From NCBI GenBank assembly GCA_003194445.1, contig PQXF01000009.1:12194-68203 (forward strand): 56,010 bases of DNA. The letters are read 5' to 3'. The DNA is from Candidatus Methanogaster sp. (GTDB taxonomy: Archaea; Halobacteriota; Methanosarcinia; Methanosarcinales; Methanogasteraceae). Below are positions 48,497-56,010 of this stretch, piece after piece. Made by a program: the position numbers and the translations under genes. The notes under the pieces are model-generated. The model was not told where the DNA came from. It ran no database searches and saw only the letters and a list, made by a program, of their open reading frames with translations. Each line of letters starts with the position of its first letter. Position 1 is the first letter of the stretch.

Positions 48497-48565
48497 ATTT
48501 CAAAGCTATTTCAAAGCTATTTGAAACCACAACATTGAAGTGGTATTACAAACATTATTGAAATA
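48497..48565. promoter_or_regulatory. Putative ArsR operator region
   Basis: tttcaaagcta direct repeat, palindrome ttcaaa-gcta-tttgaa and related attacaaacattattgaaat in the divergent intergenic gap. Confidence 0.5.
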
Positions 48566-48627
48566 ATGTCAGGCACCATAAATAACGTTTGCCATTCGTG
48601 CAATCGGATTTGGGAGACCAAAGTACC

Positions 48628-49671
48628 ATGACAATCGAAACATTGCTTCTGGCTGGCATCGAAACCCTGGAAGAGTATCTTGCGCTGCATGTGCTGATGT
48701 GTCTCGTGCCCGCATTCTTCCTTGCAGGCGCCATCGCCTCGCTCTTCTCAAAGGAGTCTGTGCTGCGCTACTTCGGTGCTGATGCACCCAAATACCTCTC
48801 ATACAGCGTGGCATCGGTAAGCGGCGTGCTTCTGGCGGTCTGCTCCTGCACGGTGCTGCCGCTCTTTGCCGGAATCTACAGACGGGGTGCAGGCATCGGT
48901 CCTGCGTCGACGTTCCTGTTCTCGGCGCCCGCGATCAACCTGCTTGCAATCGTCTACACTGCGCAGATACTCGGCTTTAAGATCGGTGCTGCACGTGCGG
49001 TGGCTGCTGTCGGCATCTCAATCGTTATAGGGCTCATCATGGCTACGGTCTTCCGAAGCGAGGATAACGCGAAGAGCCGGATGATCTCGGCTGCTGGCGA
49101 GGGCGAGATCAACCCGCTGCACCAGACCGGCATCTTCATGCTTCTCCTCGCCATCCTTGTGCTCGGCGGCATCGTTGAGGCGTGGCTGTGGCGGGGTCTG
49201 ATCATCGGACCGCTGGTGCTTCTGACGGCTTATGTCTCAAGAAAGTGGTTTGATGATGAGCAGATCCACGACTGGATGTACGAGACATGGGATCTCACAA
49301 AGAAGATATTCCCGCTCTTGCTGGTGGGCGTATTCTTTGCAGGCATAATCGTTGAACTGATACCATCAGACCTTGTTGTGCGATTTGTCGGAGGAAACTC
49401 GGTACGGAGTAATCTGATCGCAGCGGTTGCCGCGGCACTGATGTACTTTGCAACACTCACAGAGGTCCCGATCATCGACTCGCTCACCCGGCTCGGAATG
49501 GGCGAGGGACCTGTGCTTGCAATGCTTCTTGCAGGACCTGCGCTATCGTTTCCGAACATGATCGTGATCAGCCGTGTGATGGGTGTCAGGAAGGCGTCAG
49601 TCTATATCACACTCACTGTAATCCTTGCTACCATAGCCGGATTCGTGGCTGGAACTACTATATGGAGATAA
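48628..49671 (+). CDS. arsP: ArsP-type (DUF318) permease
   Basis: HV..CLVPAFF.AG, LAVCSCTVLPLF, FLFSAPAIN, MYFATLTEVP, GP.LS.P. Confidence 0.88.
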   Translation: MTIETLLLAGIETLEEYLALHVLMCLVPAFFLAGAIASLFSKESVLRYFGADAPKYLSYSVASVSGVLLAVCSCTVLPLFAGIYRRGAGIGPASTFLFSAPAINLLAIVYTAQILGFKIGAARAVAAVGISIVIGLIMATVFRSEDNAKSRMISAAGEGEINPLHQTGIFMLLLAILVLGGIVEAWLWRGLIIGPLVLLTAYVSRKWFDDEQIHDWMYETWDLTKKIFPLLLVGVFFAGIIVELIPSDLVVRFVGGNSVRSNLIAAVAAALMYFATLTEVPIIDSLTRLGMGEGPVLAMLLAGPALSFPNMIVISRVMGVRKASVYITLTVILATIAGFVAGTTIWR

Positions 49672-49675
49672 GAAT

Positions 49676-49930
49676 ATGGATATAATTGTAAAGGTATTTG
49701 GATCAGATCCCCCTTGCGCCAAATGCAAGGTGGCTCATGACATCGCAAAGAAAGTTTCGGAGAAGATCGGAACGGGCGTCGTCGTTGAAAAGCACAGCGC
49801 TCTTAGTGAAGAAGGCGATAAGTACGGAATCATGATGACTCCGACTGTTGTTATCAACGATGAGATCGCGGTCGTTGGCAAGGCACCATCTGAGAAGAAA
49901 CTGGAAGAGATCATCAGATCGAAGATGTGA
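49676..49930 (+). CDS. Small thioredoxin-like protein (MTH895/ArsE family)
   Basis: PCAKC, YGIMMTP.VVIN......GK.PS. Confidence 0.85.
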   Translation: MDIIVKVFGSDPPCAKCKVAHDIAKKVSEKIGTGVVVEKHSALSEEGDKYGIMMTPTVVINDEIAVVGKAPSEKKLEEIIRSKM

Positions 49931-49956
49931 AATGAGACTGAAATTCGAGGTGAATC

Positions 49957-50715
49957 ATGAAGAATGAAAAAGAGATTAAACAATTTGTAAAGGATCGATA
50001 TGCCAGTGTTGCATCAAATGAGGGTTCTTGTTGCTCATGTTGCAACTGCGACACAGACATTGTTGAACATGCAAAATCGATGGGATATTCGGAGGCAGAA
50101 ATCAGAAATATCCCGGAAGGATCTGTGATGGGGCTTGGTTGCGGCAACCCAACCGCACTGGCAGAATTAAAAGCAGGCGAAACAGTTTTAGACCTTGGTT
50201 CTGGCGGAGGCGTGGATGTTTTTCTTGCAGCCCAAAAAGTCGGTGAGACCGGGAACGTTATCGGCGTGGATATGACGTCTGAGATGCTTGAAAAGGCAAG
50301 AGATAACGCAAAGGTGGGCAGCTACAAGAATGTTGAGTTCAGGGCAGGCGAAATAGAGAACTTACCTGTTGAGGATGATTCTATCGACGTTGTCATAAGT
50401 AATTGCGTCGTCAATCTCTCCCCGGATAAATTAGCCACCTACAGGGAAGTATTCAGGGTTTTAAAGCCGGGTGGCAGGGTTCTTATATCTGACATTGTAA
50501 CCGAAGGAGAACTCCCCGAGGATATCAGGCAGAGCTTTGACGCGTGGACAGACTGTATCGCAGGAGCTCTGGAGACGCAAGAATATCTGGACACGATTAC
50601 GAAAGCGGGTTTCCGAGATGTTACGGTCGTTGCCAAACACCCTTTTTACGAGCCTAGAATGGACGACAGACTTGCAGGGAAGATCGTTAGTATTCAATTA
50701 CGAGCATATAAATGA
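49957..50715 (+). CDS. arsM: Arsenite S-adenosylmethionine methyltransferase
   Basis: SCC.CC, GLGCGNP, LDLGSG.G.D, GVDMT.EM, SNCV.NL.PDK, W..CIAGAL. Confidence 0.93.
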   Translation: MKNEKEIKQFVKDRYASVASNEGSCCSCCNCDTDIVEHAKSMGYSEAEIRNIPEGSVMGLGCGNPTALAELKAGETVLDLGSGGGVDVFLAAQKVGETGNVIGVDMTSEMLEKARDNAKVGSYKNVEFRAGEIENLPVEDDSIDVVISNCVVNLSPDKLATYREVFRVLKPGGRVLISDIVTEGELPEDIRQSFDAWTDCIAGALETQEYLDTITKAGFRDVTVVAKHPFYEPRMDDRLAGKIVSIQLRAYK

Positions 50716-50724
50716 GGTGATACA

Positions 50725-50997
50725 ATGGTAGGCGGATGTAGTTGCGGCTCTCCAAGGGAAGTGAAGCGGACGCTTGTAAATATCGGCGATGCCACCATCG
50801 GTCTTGCAAAGCTGGACCGGGTCTTTGAAGAGTTGTACAACTCTAAAAAGAGTCCCAACGATGTCGATGGTGAAGAGATCGTAGATCTGGCATCGTTTTA
50901 CAATTATATTCCACCGCATTTGGTCGGGGCGTATGCTGAGGCACTGCTGGAGGAATATAAGGAATTCTACAGGGATAAGGAGTGTACAACGGCATGA
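50725..50997 (+). CDS. Hypothetical protein of the ars cluster (N-terminal CSCG; NYIP motif)
   Basis: GAGGTGA Shine-Dalgarno upstream; operon spacing. Confidence 0.7.
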   Translation: MVGGCSCGSPREVKRTLVNIGDATIGLAKLDRVFEELYNSKKSPNDVDGEEIVDLASFYNYIPPHLVGAYAEALLEEYKEFYRDKECTTA

Positions 50998-51027
50998 AAT
51001 TTGTTGAGCGTGATTCGAGTGAGGGAT

Positions 51028-51489
51028 ATGAACAGAAATAAATATATATTATTGGTTGCAATCGTACTGCTCTCAAGCATGTCTATGGCATGTGTCACGG
51101 AAGATGATGCGGCGCCAGATAAAGGCGGCTCTGCCAACGTGGTCACACCCGGAGATTCTGAAAGCAAGGAAAGCCAGACCGAACCCGCGGTCGAGATCAT
51201 TCTCTTCCACGGGACACGCCGGTGCACCAGTTGTATTGTAACAGGGCAGTTGCTGAATGAGGTATTGCACACCTACTACAGTGGCGAGGTAGAGAATGGG
51301 ACGATCACGTTTCGAGAGGTGAACGCAGAGACTGATCGAAAGACCGCGGCAGAGTATGGTGTCAGATACGTATCGGTATATATCAATCATGAGATATATC
51401 CTGATGCATTAGCAAACTATGCGGATCCTGATCGTTTCGCGGAGGAAATGCGAAAAAAGATCGATGAGGCGCTGCTGAATGGATCTTAG
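51028..51489 (+). CDS. Exported thioredoxin-like protein (ArsF-like)
   Basis: Signal peptide with lipobox-like Cys; FHGTRRCTSC motif. Confidence 0.75.
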   Translation: MNRNKYILLVAIVLLSSMSMACVTEDDAAPDKGGSANVVTPGDSESKESQTEPAVEIILFHGTRRCTSCIVTGQLLNEVLHTYYSGEVENGTITFREVNAETDRKTAAEYGVRYVSVYINHEIYPDALANYADPDRFAEEMRKKIDEALLNGS

Positions 51490-52174
51490 TCTTGCCACTG
51501 TGCTTCTGGCTGGATTTGTGGTCTCGATTGAGCCGTGCGCCCTGACAATTGATCTCCTGATCATAGGATATATAACGGGCGTAGAAGATGACGATAAAGT
51601 CTCAACAGGCTGGATCCGGGGTTTTCTTGCGGGTCTTGCGTTCATCACCGGCAGATCGATCACTTATGCTGCGATGGGTGTCTCTGCCGCATTTATCGGC
51701 ATCCATGCGAGCAGCACGGTGCAGGCATACTCAGGGCTTGCGGCTAGTATCATCATGGGACCTGTGCTGATATTAGTCGGGCTTCTCATGCTCGATGTGA
51801 TCAATCTCAACATGGCGGCAGGACACGATGTGCTAAGAGCGGCAAGGGACAGGCTGGTCAAACATGGAATTCTTGGCGCACTGGTCCTGGGCGTGATCTT
51901 CGGGCTTGCGATCTATCCATGCAGCACGCCGATCCTGATTGCGCTCCTAACTATGGTGGCGGTTAAGGCAGACATCGTACACGGCCTGGTGCTGATGCTT
52001 GCTTATGGCATGGCGCTTGGTGCCCCGATACCATTCATTGCAAGCGGCGCGGTCGGGGTGAAGACGTACGCAGAAAAGACAGCACATCTCGGGATATGGT
52101 TTAAGAAGGTGGCTGGTGTGCTGCTTGTTGCTTTTGGGCTGTATTATCTTCTGCCGTGGATTTGGAGTGCTTAG
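51479..52174 (+). CDS. CcdA/DsbD-like membrane protein (ArsG-like)
   Basis: Six TM helices; EPC and PC.TP.L motifs; LG..FG. Confidence 0.8.
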   Translation: MDLSLATVLLAGFVVSIEPCALTIDLLIIGYITGVEDDDKVSTGWIRGFLAGLAFITGRSITYAAMGVSAAFIGIHASSTVQAYSGLAASIIMGPVLILVGLLMLDVINLNMAAGHDVLRAARDRLVKHGILGALVLGVIFGLAIYPCSTPILIALLTMVAVKADIVHGLVLMLAYGMALGAPIPFIASGAVGVKTYAEKTAHLGIWFKKVAGVLLVAFGLYYLLPWIWSA

Positions 52175-52186
52175 CGAAGGTTGATC

Positions 52187-53110
52187 ATGGCTACACATCA
52201 CCATCACAGCAATCGCGGTTCCGGGCTTAAGTATGCGATCGGTATAACATCAGCCATCCTTATCGTTGAACTGGTTGGTGGCGTGTGGACGAACAGTCTC
52301 GCACTCCTGAGCGATGCCGCTCATGTATTTACAGACGTAATAGCACTTCTTTTGAGCTGGTTTGCGATGCGGATCTCGCTTAAGCCTGCAACACCCACAA
52401 AAACGTATGGTTACCACCGGAGTGAGATTCTTGCAGCCCTTGTTAACGGGGTCATGCTGTTTGCAGTATCTGCGCTCATTCTCGTTGAGGCGTACCAGAG
52501 AATCCAGAACCCGGAGCAAATAAAAAGCCTTGAGATGATGGCGATTGCAATAGTTGGACTGGTTGCAAACCTCCTTTCAGCATACTATCTGCGGGGCAAC
52601 AGTGCCAATATCAACCTGAGAGCAGCGATGTACCATGTGCTTGGTGATGCGCTCGCATCGGTCGGGGTCATCGCAGGCGGGGTTCTGATCTGGTGGACCG
52701 GATGGTATGTCATCGATCCGGTGATAAGCGTCGTAATCTGCGGAATCATCGTTATCGGTGGGCTCGGTCTGGTCCGAGAATCGGTGAATATCCTGATGGA
52801 AGGTGCTCCTGTTGGCATGGACCCAAATGAGGTCGCAGAAACGATATCCGGTATTGAAGGGGTGATAGGGTTGCATGATCTTCATCTGTGGTGCATCACT
52901 CCTGAGATCCCCAGCTTGAGCGCACATGTGCTGGTCGATGATATCGCATGCAGCAGCGCAGATGCGATACGGGATCGTATCAACGATGCGATACTCGGAC
53001 GGTTCGGGATTGTGCATACGACGCTCCAGTTCGAGTATAGCGAATGCGGGCACAATACAGTTCTGTGTATGCAATGCAGTGTGATTCACAAACATGAACA
53101 GAATCTATGA
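52187..53110 (+). CDS. Cation diffusion facilitator (CzcD/ZitB-like)
   Basis: SLALLSDAAH...D, TYGYHR.E, N.RAA..HV.GD, HDLH.W, H.TLQ.E. Confidence 0.95.
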   Translation: MATHHHHSNRGSGLKYAIGITSAILIVELVGGVWTNSLALLSDAAHVFTDVIALLLSWFAMRISLKPATPTKTYGYHRSEILAALVNGVMLFAVSALILVEAYQRIQNPEQIKSLEMMAIAIVGLVANLLSAYYLRGNSANINLRAAMYHVLGDALASVGVIAGGVLIWWTGWYVIDPVISVVICGIIVIGGLGLVRESVNILMEGAPVGMDPNEVAETISGIEGVIGLHDLHLWCITPEIPSLSAHVLVDDIACSSADAIRDRINDAILGRFGIVHTTLQFEYSECGHNTVLCMQCSVIHKHEQNL

Positions 53111-53251
53111 GATACGAAAACATTGGTGAAGATTAGATCGACACTCGGTCTTGAGAGTTTACCTGTGGGTGTGAAGAAACAATTGGTTGAAGAAGGTATA
53201 TTAAAGGTTAAATAAGCATCATGGTGCATAAACAAGAGAGGGGGATTAATT

Positions 53252-53701
53252 ATGTCTGAAGACGACAAACATGAACAGATGAAACAAATAAAGCGGCTGG
53301 CAATCGCAGGAGTTTTGATCAGTATGGCATTGATGCTTACAGGATGCGTAACCACATCCATCGCCGATTCGGTGGAGATAGAGAACGTGACCACAGATGA
53401 AGGCACGTACCACTCAGGGGAGATCATGAACATTACAGTGCTGCTCAAATCCGCAACAGACGTGAGTGGGGTCTACACCAATGTATCAGGGATCACGAAC
53501 AAGCGGGGCAAGAACATGCTCTTTAAGGAGACCACGACAAACCTCACCCGCGGGCTTAATAACGTGACGTTCGCATACAAGATGCCTGCGTGCTCATCCT
53601 GCTCAGGAATATCCGGGGGAACATATCATTTCAACGCTTCGGTGGTTTACGGTAACGTTACGGTAGGAAACTCGACATGTAGTATTGTCCTGAAACAGTA
53701 G
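53252..53701 (+). CDS. Hypothetical lipoprotein with CxxC
   Basis: LTGC lipobox-like motif; PACSSCSG. Confidence 0.65.
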   Translation: MSEDDKHEQMKQIKRLAIAGVLISMALMLTGCVTTSIADSVEIENVTTDEGTYHSGEIMNITVLLKSATDVSGVYTNVSGITNKRGKNMLFKETTTNLTRGLNNVTFAYKMPACSSCSGISGGTYHFNASVVYGNVTVGNSTCSIVLKQ

Positions 53702-53705
53702 ATAC

Positions 53706-55085
53706 ATGGCTGGATATGAGCATAAGAAGATTGCTGCGGCTATGATCATCGCCGCATTTTTGGTAGCAACGCTTACAGCTACAGCAGACGATGCAGGCGG
53801 GCAAGTGAGTATAATAATCTTCTTTGATCTGGATTGTTCGCACTGCAAGGATGCTGATAGGGTGCTGGACCGGATCGAAGGGCAGTTCGGGGACCGGATA
53901 CTCATCAGCGAATACAATTCCAACACGGCTACCGGAATTGAGCTGATGGATGGATACGGGATCGTTGAGGTGCCTTCGGTGGTGGTACAGGAGAGGGAGG
54001 TCATACTGTACAGCGACTACGAAAACAATCTCTCAAAACTGGAGAGCCTTCTCGTAAGTTCGATAAATAACGCGCTTTATGATCCGGAGATCGAGATATA
54101 TAAGGAGATCAGTCCTGTCAAGCTAAATCCCGGTGAGAACGTTACGGTAACGATCTCTATGGAAAACAAGAAGAATATAACGACGGATGTGATGCTGATC
54201 GACAGTTATCCCGGTTTTTTCAGTATAATAGAAGGTGAAACTGCATGGAACGGGACATTGTCTCCTGGAGCGGTGAAAAACATAACTTATGTGGCTCGTG
54301 TCGATCCGAAAGCACACTCGGGAAATCATAAGATAGAAGGCGCGCAGATAAGCTGCCGAAGCAGGGGTACTGATAAAAGTTCGGTTTCGAATACGGCAAT
54401 CATTCAAATATCGGTAGCGTTGACTTTGTTTACGGTGTTTCTGGCAGGATTGATAGCAGGGGCAAATCCCTGCCTCTTTGCAGTGGTGGCGTTCATGGCG
54501 GCGATGATACTATCGAATACCGAAAAGAAGCTCGAGGTTATCAAATTCATTGTTTTCTTCTCCTTCGGGATATTTCTGGTGTATCTCCTGACCGGAATCG
54601 GGCTTTTGTCGTTTGCAAGCGATCTTGGTTCATTAAACCTTGTTCTCGGCGCGATCACCATAGCACTGGGCAGCATGCACATCTATGACTACTTTTACAT
54701 AAAGATAAAGGCGAAATCACTCTTCGAGAGTTCCAAGTTTATGAAAGGCGTGATGGAACGGATGGTCAAGGAGAATAGTACCCTCTCCGCACTGGGTCTG
54801 GGCGCCCTATTCTCGCTTGTGAAAGCACCGTGCGTGGGCGCGATCTACCTGACGATACTAAACCTCATCGCGGTACAGAAGGCGGAACTCGAGGGGATCG
54901 TATATTTATGTATGTATAATTTTGGTGTGATTCTTCCCATACTGATAATCGGAACCGCTATCGTCGTTGGGTTAAGTCCAACAAAGGTGGATCGGTTCAG
55001 GAAGGAGAAGAGAGCTGTGATAAGGCTGGTGACCGGAATAATTCTGGTTGCGCTGGGGGTGTTCTTGACGTTTGGTGTGATCTGA
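53706..55085 (+). CDS. Thioredoxin-like (CSHC) plus Ig-like plus CcdA-type membrane domain protein
   Basis: Signal peptide, CSHC, G.NPC and KAPC.G..Y motifs, six C-terminal TM helices. Confidence 0.8.
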   Translation: MAGYEHKKIAAAMIIAAFLVATLTATADDAGGQVSIIIFFDLDCSHCKDADRVLDRIEGQFGDRILISEYNSNTATGIELMDGYGIVEVPSVVVQEREVILYSDYENNLSKLESLLVSSINNALYDPEIEIYKEISPVKLNPGENVTVTISMENKKNITTDVMLIDSYPGFFSIIEGETAWNGTLSPGAVKNITYVARVDPKAHSGNHKIEGAQISCRSRGTDKSSVSNTAIIQISVALTLFTVFLAGLIAGANPCLFAVVAFMAAMILSNTEKKLEVIKFIVFFSFGIFLVYLLTGIGLLSFASDLGSLNLVLGAITIALGSMHIYDYFYIKIKAKSLFESSKFMKGVMERMVKENSTLSALGLGALFSLVKAPCVGAIYLTILNLIAVQKAELEGIVYLCMYNFGVILPILIIGTAIVVGLSPTKVDRFRKEKRAVIRLVTGIILVALGVFLTFGVI

Positions 55086-55094
55086 TCGAGCGCC

Positions 55095-55657
55095 ACAAAA
55101 TTGTACTAAAATCAAATTCTTGGAGAGTTACAGCGCTCTCGATCACAAAATCGATGCAAAATTGCGCATCTTCCACTGTAGGAACTATTTTGGAATGCCG
55201 CTTGAACTTTATGAACGCGGTAACAGCGAGGATCACCACATAGGACGCTGACTTTAGGCAGGATTCTGACTTTGGGAGTTAACAGGCGAAATTTAACATA
55301 CTTCTGAGAATATAAGTTTAAACTAAGAATGTTTATATCTTTATGAATGTCTTCTAATCCATTGATTACGTCATCGGCAAAAGAGTCCACCTCCGATCCA
55401 AAATCACATTACGTAGATATTAATGTTGGTATATACGACCCATCAGAAAAGAGAGCGAAGCACCCGTATTGTTCACCTTTTCTGCTTTCATAATCATCAA
55501 TGAGTTGCGCGAATGCGAAAGCAACATTTTTGATGGCATCAGCGACTTTACTTTCCCTGAGCAATGTCTCCACTTCCTCAAGTTTATTATTCACATCTTC
55601 ACATTGAACCAAATCGATTAAGGGGATATCAGAGAATTCGATTTTAAATATTGTCGA
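55095..55657 (-). pseudogene. Disrupted hypothetical gene (C-terminal half only), truncated by an IS
   Basis: IFKIEFSDIPLIDLVQC...; in-frame TAA at 55409-55411, same frame resumes at 55408; later frame break to ...VEDAQFCIDFVIESA. Confidence 0.6.
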
Positions 55658-55658
55658 C

Positions 55659-56010
55659 TGAACATAAGTATGAGAAAGATTGACCGCGTGAAGAAGCGAT
55701 TTGCCGAGGAAGGTATTGAAATTGCCCTTAATGGGAGGAAAGGAAGTCGCATCTATGCTAAAAAAAGTCGACGGTGATTTTGAAGCCCATTTGGTTGCAT
55801 TGAGTTGCAGTGAGCCACCCGAAGGCTTTGCGAGATGGTCTATGAGGTTATTAGCCGACAAGGTTGTCGAGCTTGAGTATATTGATAGCATTTCTCATGA
55901 AACGATACGCCGCATCCTAAAAAAAACGAAATCAAGCCTTGGAAACGAAAAGGGTGGGTAATTCCACCGGAGCAAAACGGCAACAATGTTTGCAAATATG
56001 GAAATGGTGT
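55659..56010 (+). mobile_element. IS630-family transposase fragment (5'-truncated, frameshifted; continues beyond the window)
   Basis: RKIDRVKKRFAEEG..., LVALSCSEPPEG.ARWS.RLLA, ISHET.RR.LKK, A-run then NEIKPWKRK.W.IPP in another frame. Confidence 0.88.

Noticed and set aside
55409-55891. 160-aa minus-strand ORF as one gene
   Set aside because: Chimeric: the first half is antisense to the IS630 fragment and the second half belongs to the truncated gene

Overview
Archaeal chromosome segment from a Methanosarcinales member, most consistent with an ANME-2-type methanotroph (mer-fpoF, Methanosarcinales-type rnfCDGEAB, cofC, TBP, DUF2150, dockerin-tailed exoprotein). The taxonomic assignment is inferred from gene content only. 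Layout: (1) 1-10 kb, an extracellular contractile injection system (eCIS/PVC-Afp-like) operon running off the left edge, with an apparent -1 frameshift site in its tail-chaperone gene pair; (2) housekeeping genes (thiDN, phosphohexomutase, cofC, tRNA-Thr, rnf); (3) a ~12.4 kb variable slot between the convergent rnfB and tatD genes, holding three cargo cassettes (DUF262+HEPN; a C39/M23-peptidase-dockerin exoprotein plus toxin-antitoxin pair; a bacterial-type XPB helicase operon) separated by diverged copies of the rnfB/tatD 3' ends and scraps of another housekeeping gene, with no integrase in view; (4) tbp, mer, fpoF, nadM, cobA and an AOR pseudogene between palindromic repeats; (5) an NLR-like NB-ARC-TPR gene whose N-terminal ~50 aa are duplicated at the N-terminus of the adjacent upstream gene; (6) a cbiE-pheA fusion, an arsenic/metal resistance cluster and an IS630 remnant. 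The best candidates for undescribed biology are the gene-end-punctuated cassette array, the NLR/partner pair with a shared N-terminal domain, the putative peptidoglycan-hydrolase exoprotein and the eCIS chaperone frameshift. All family calls come from motif recognition by eye; no searches were run.
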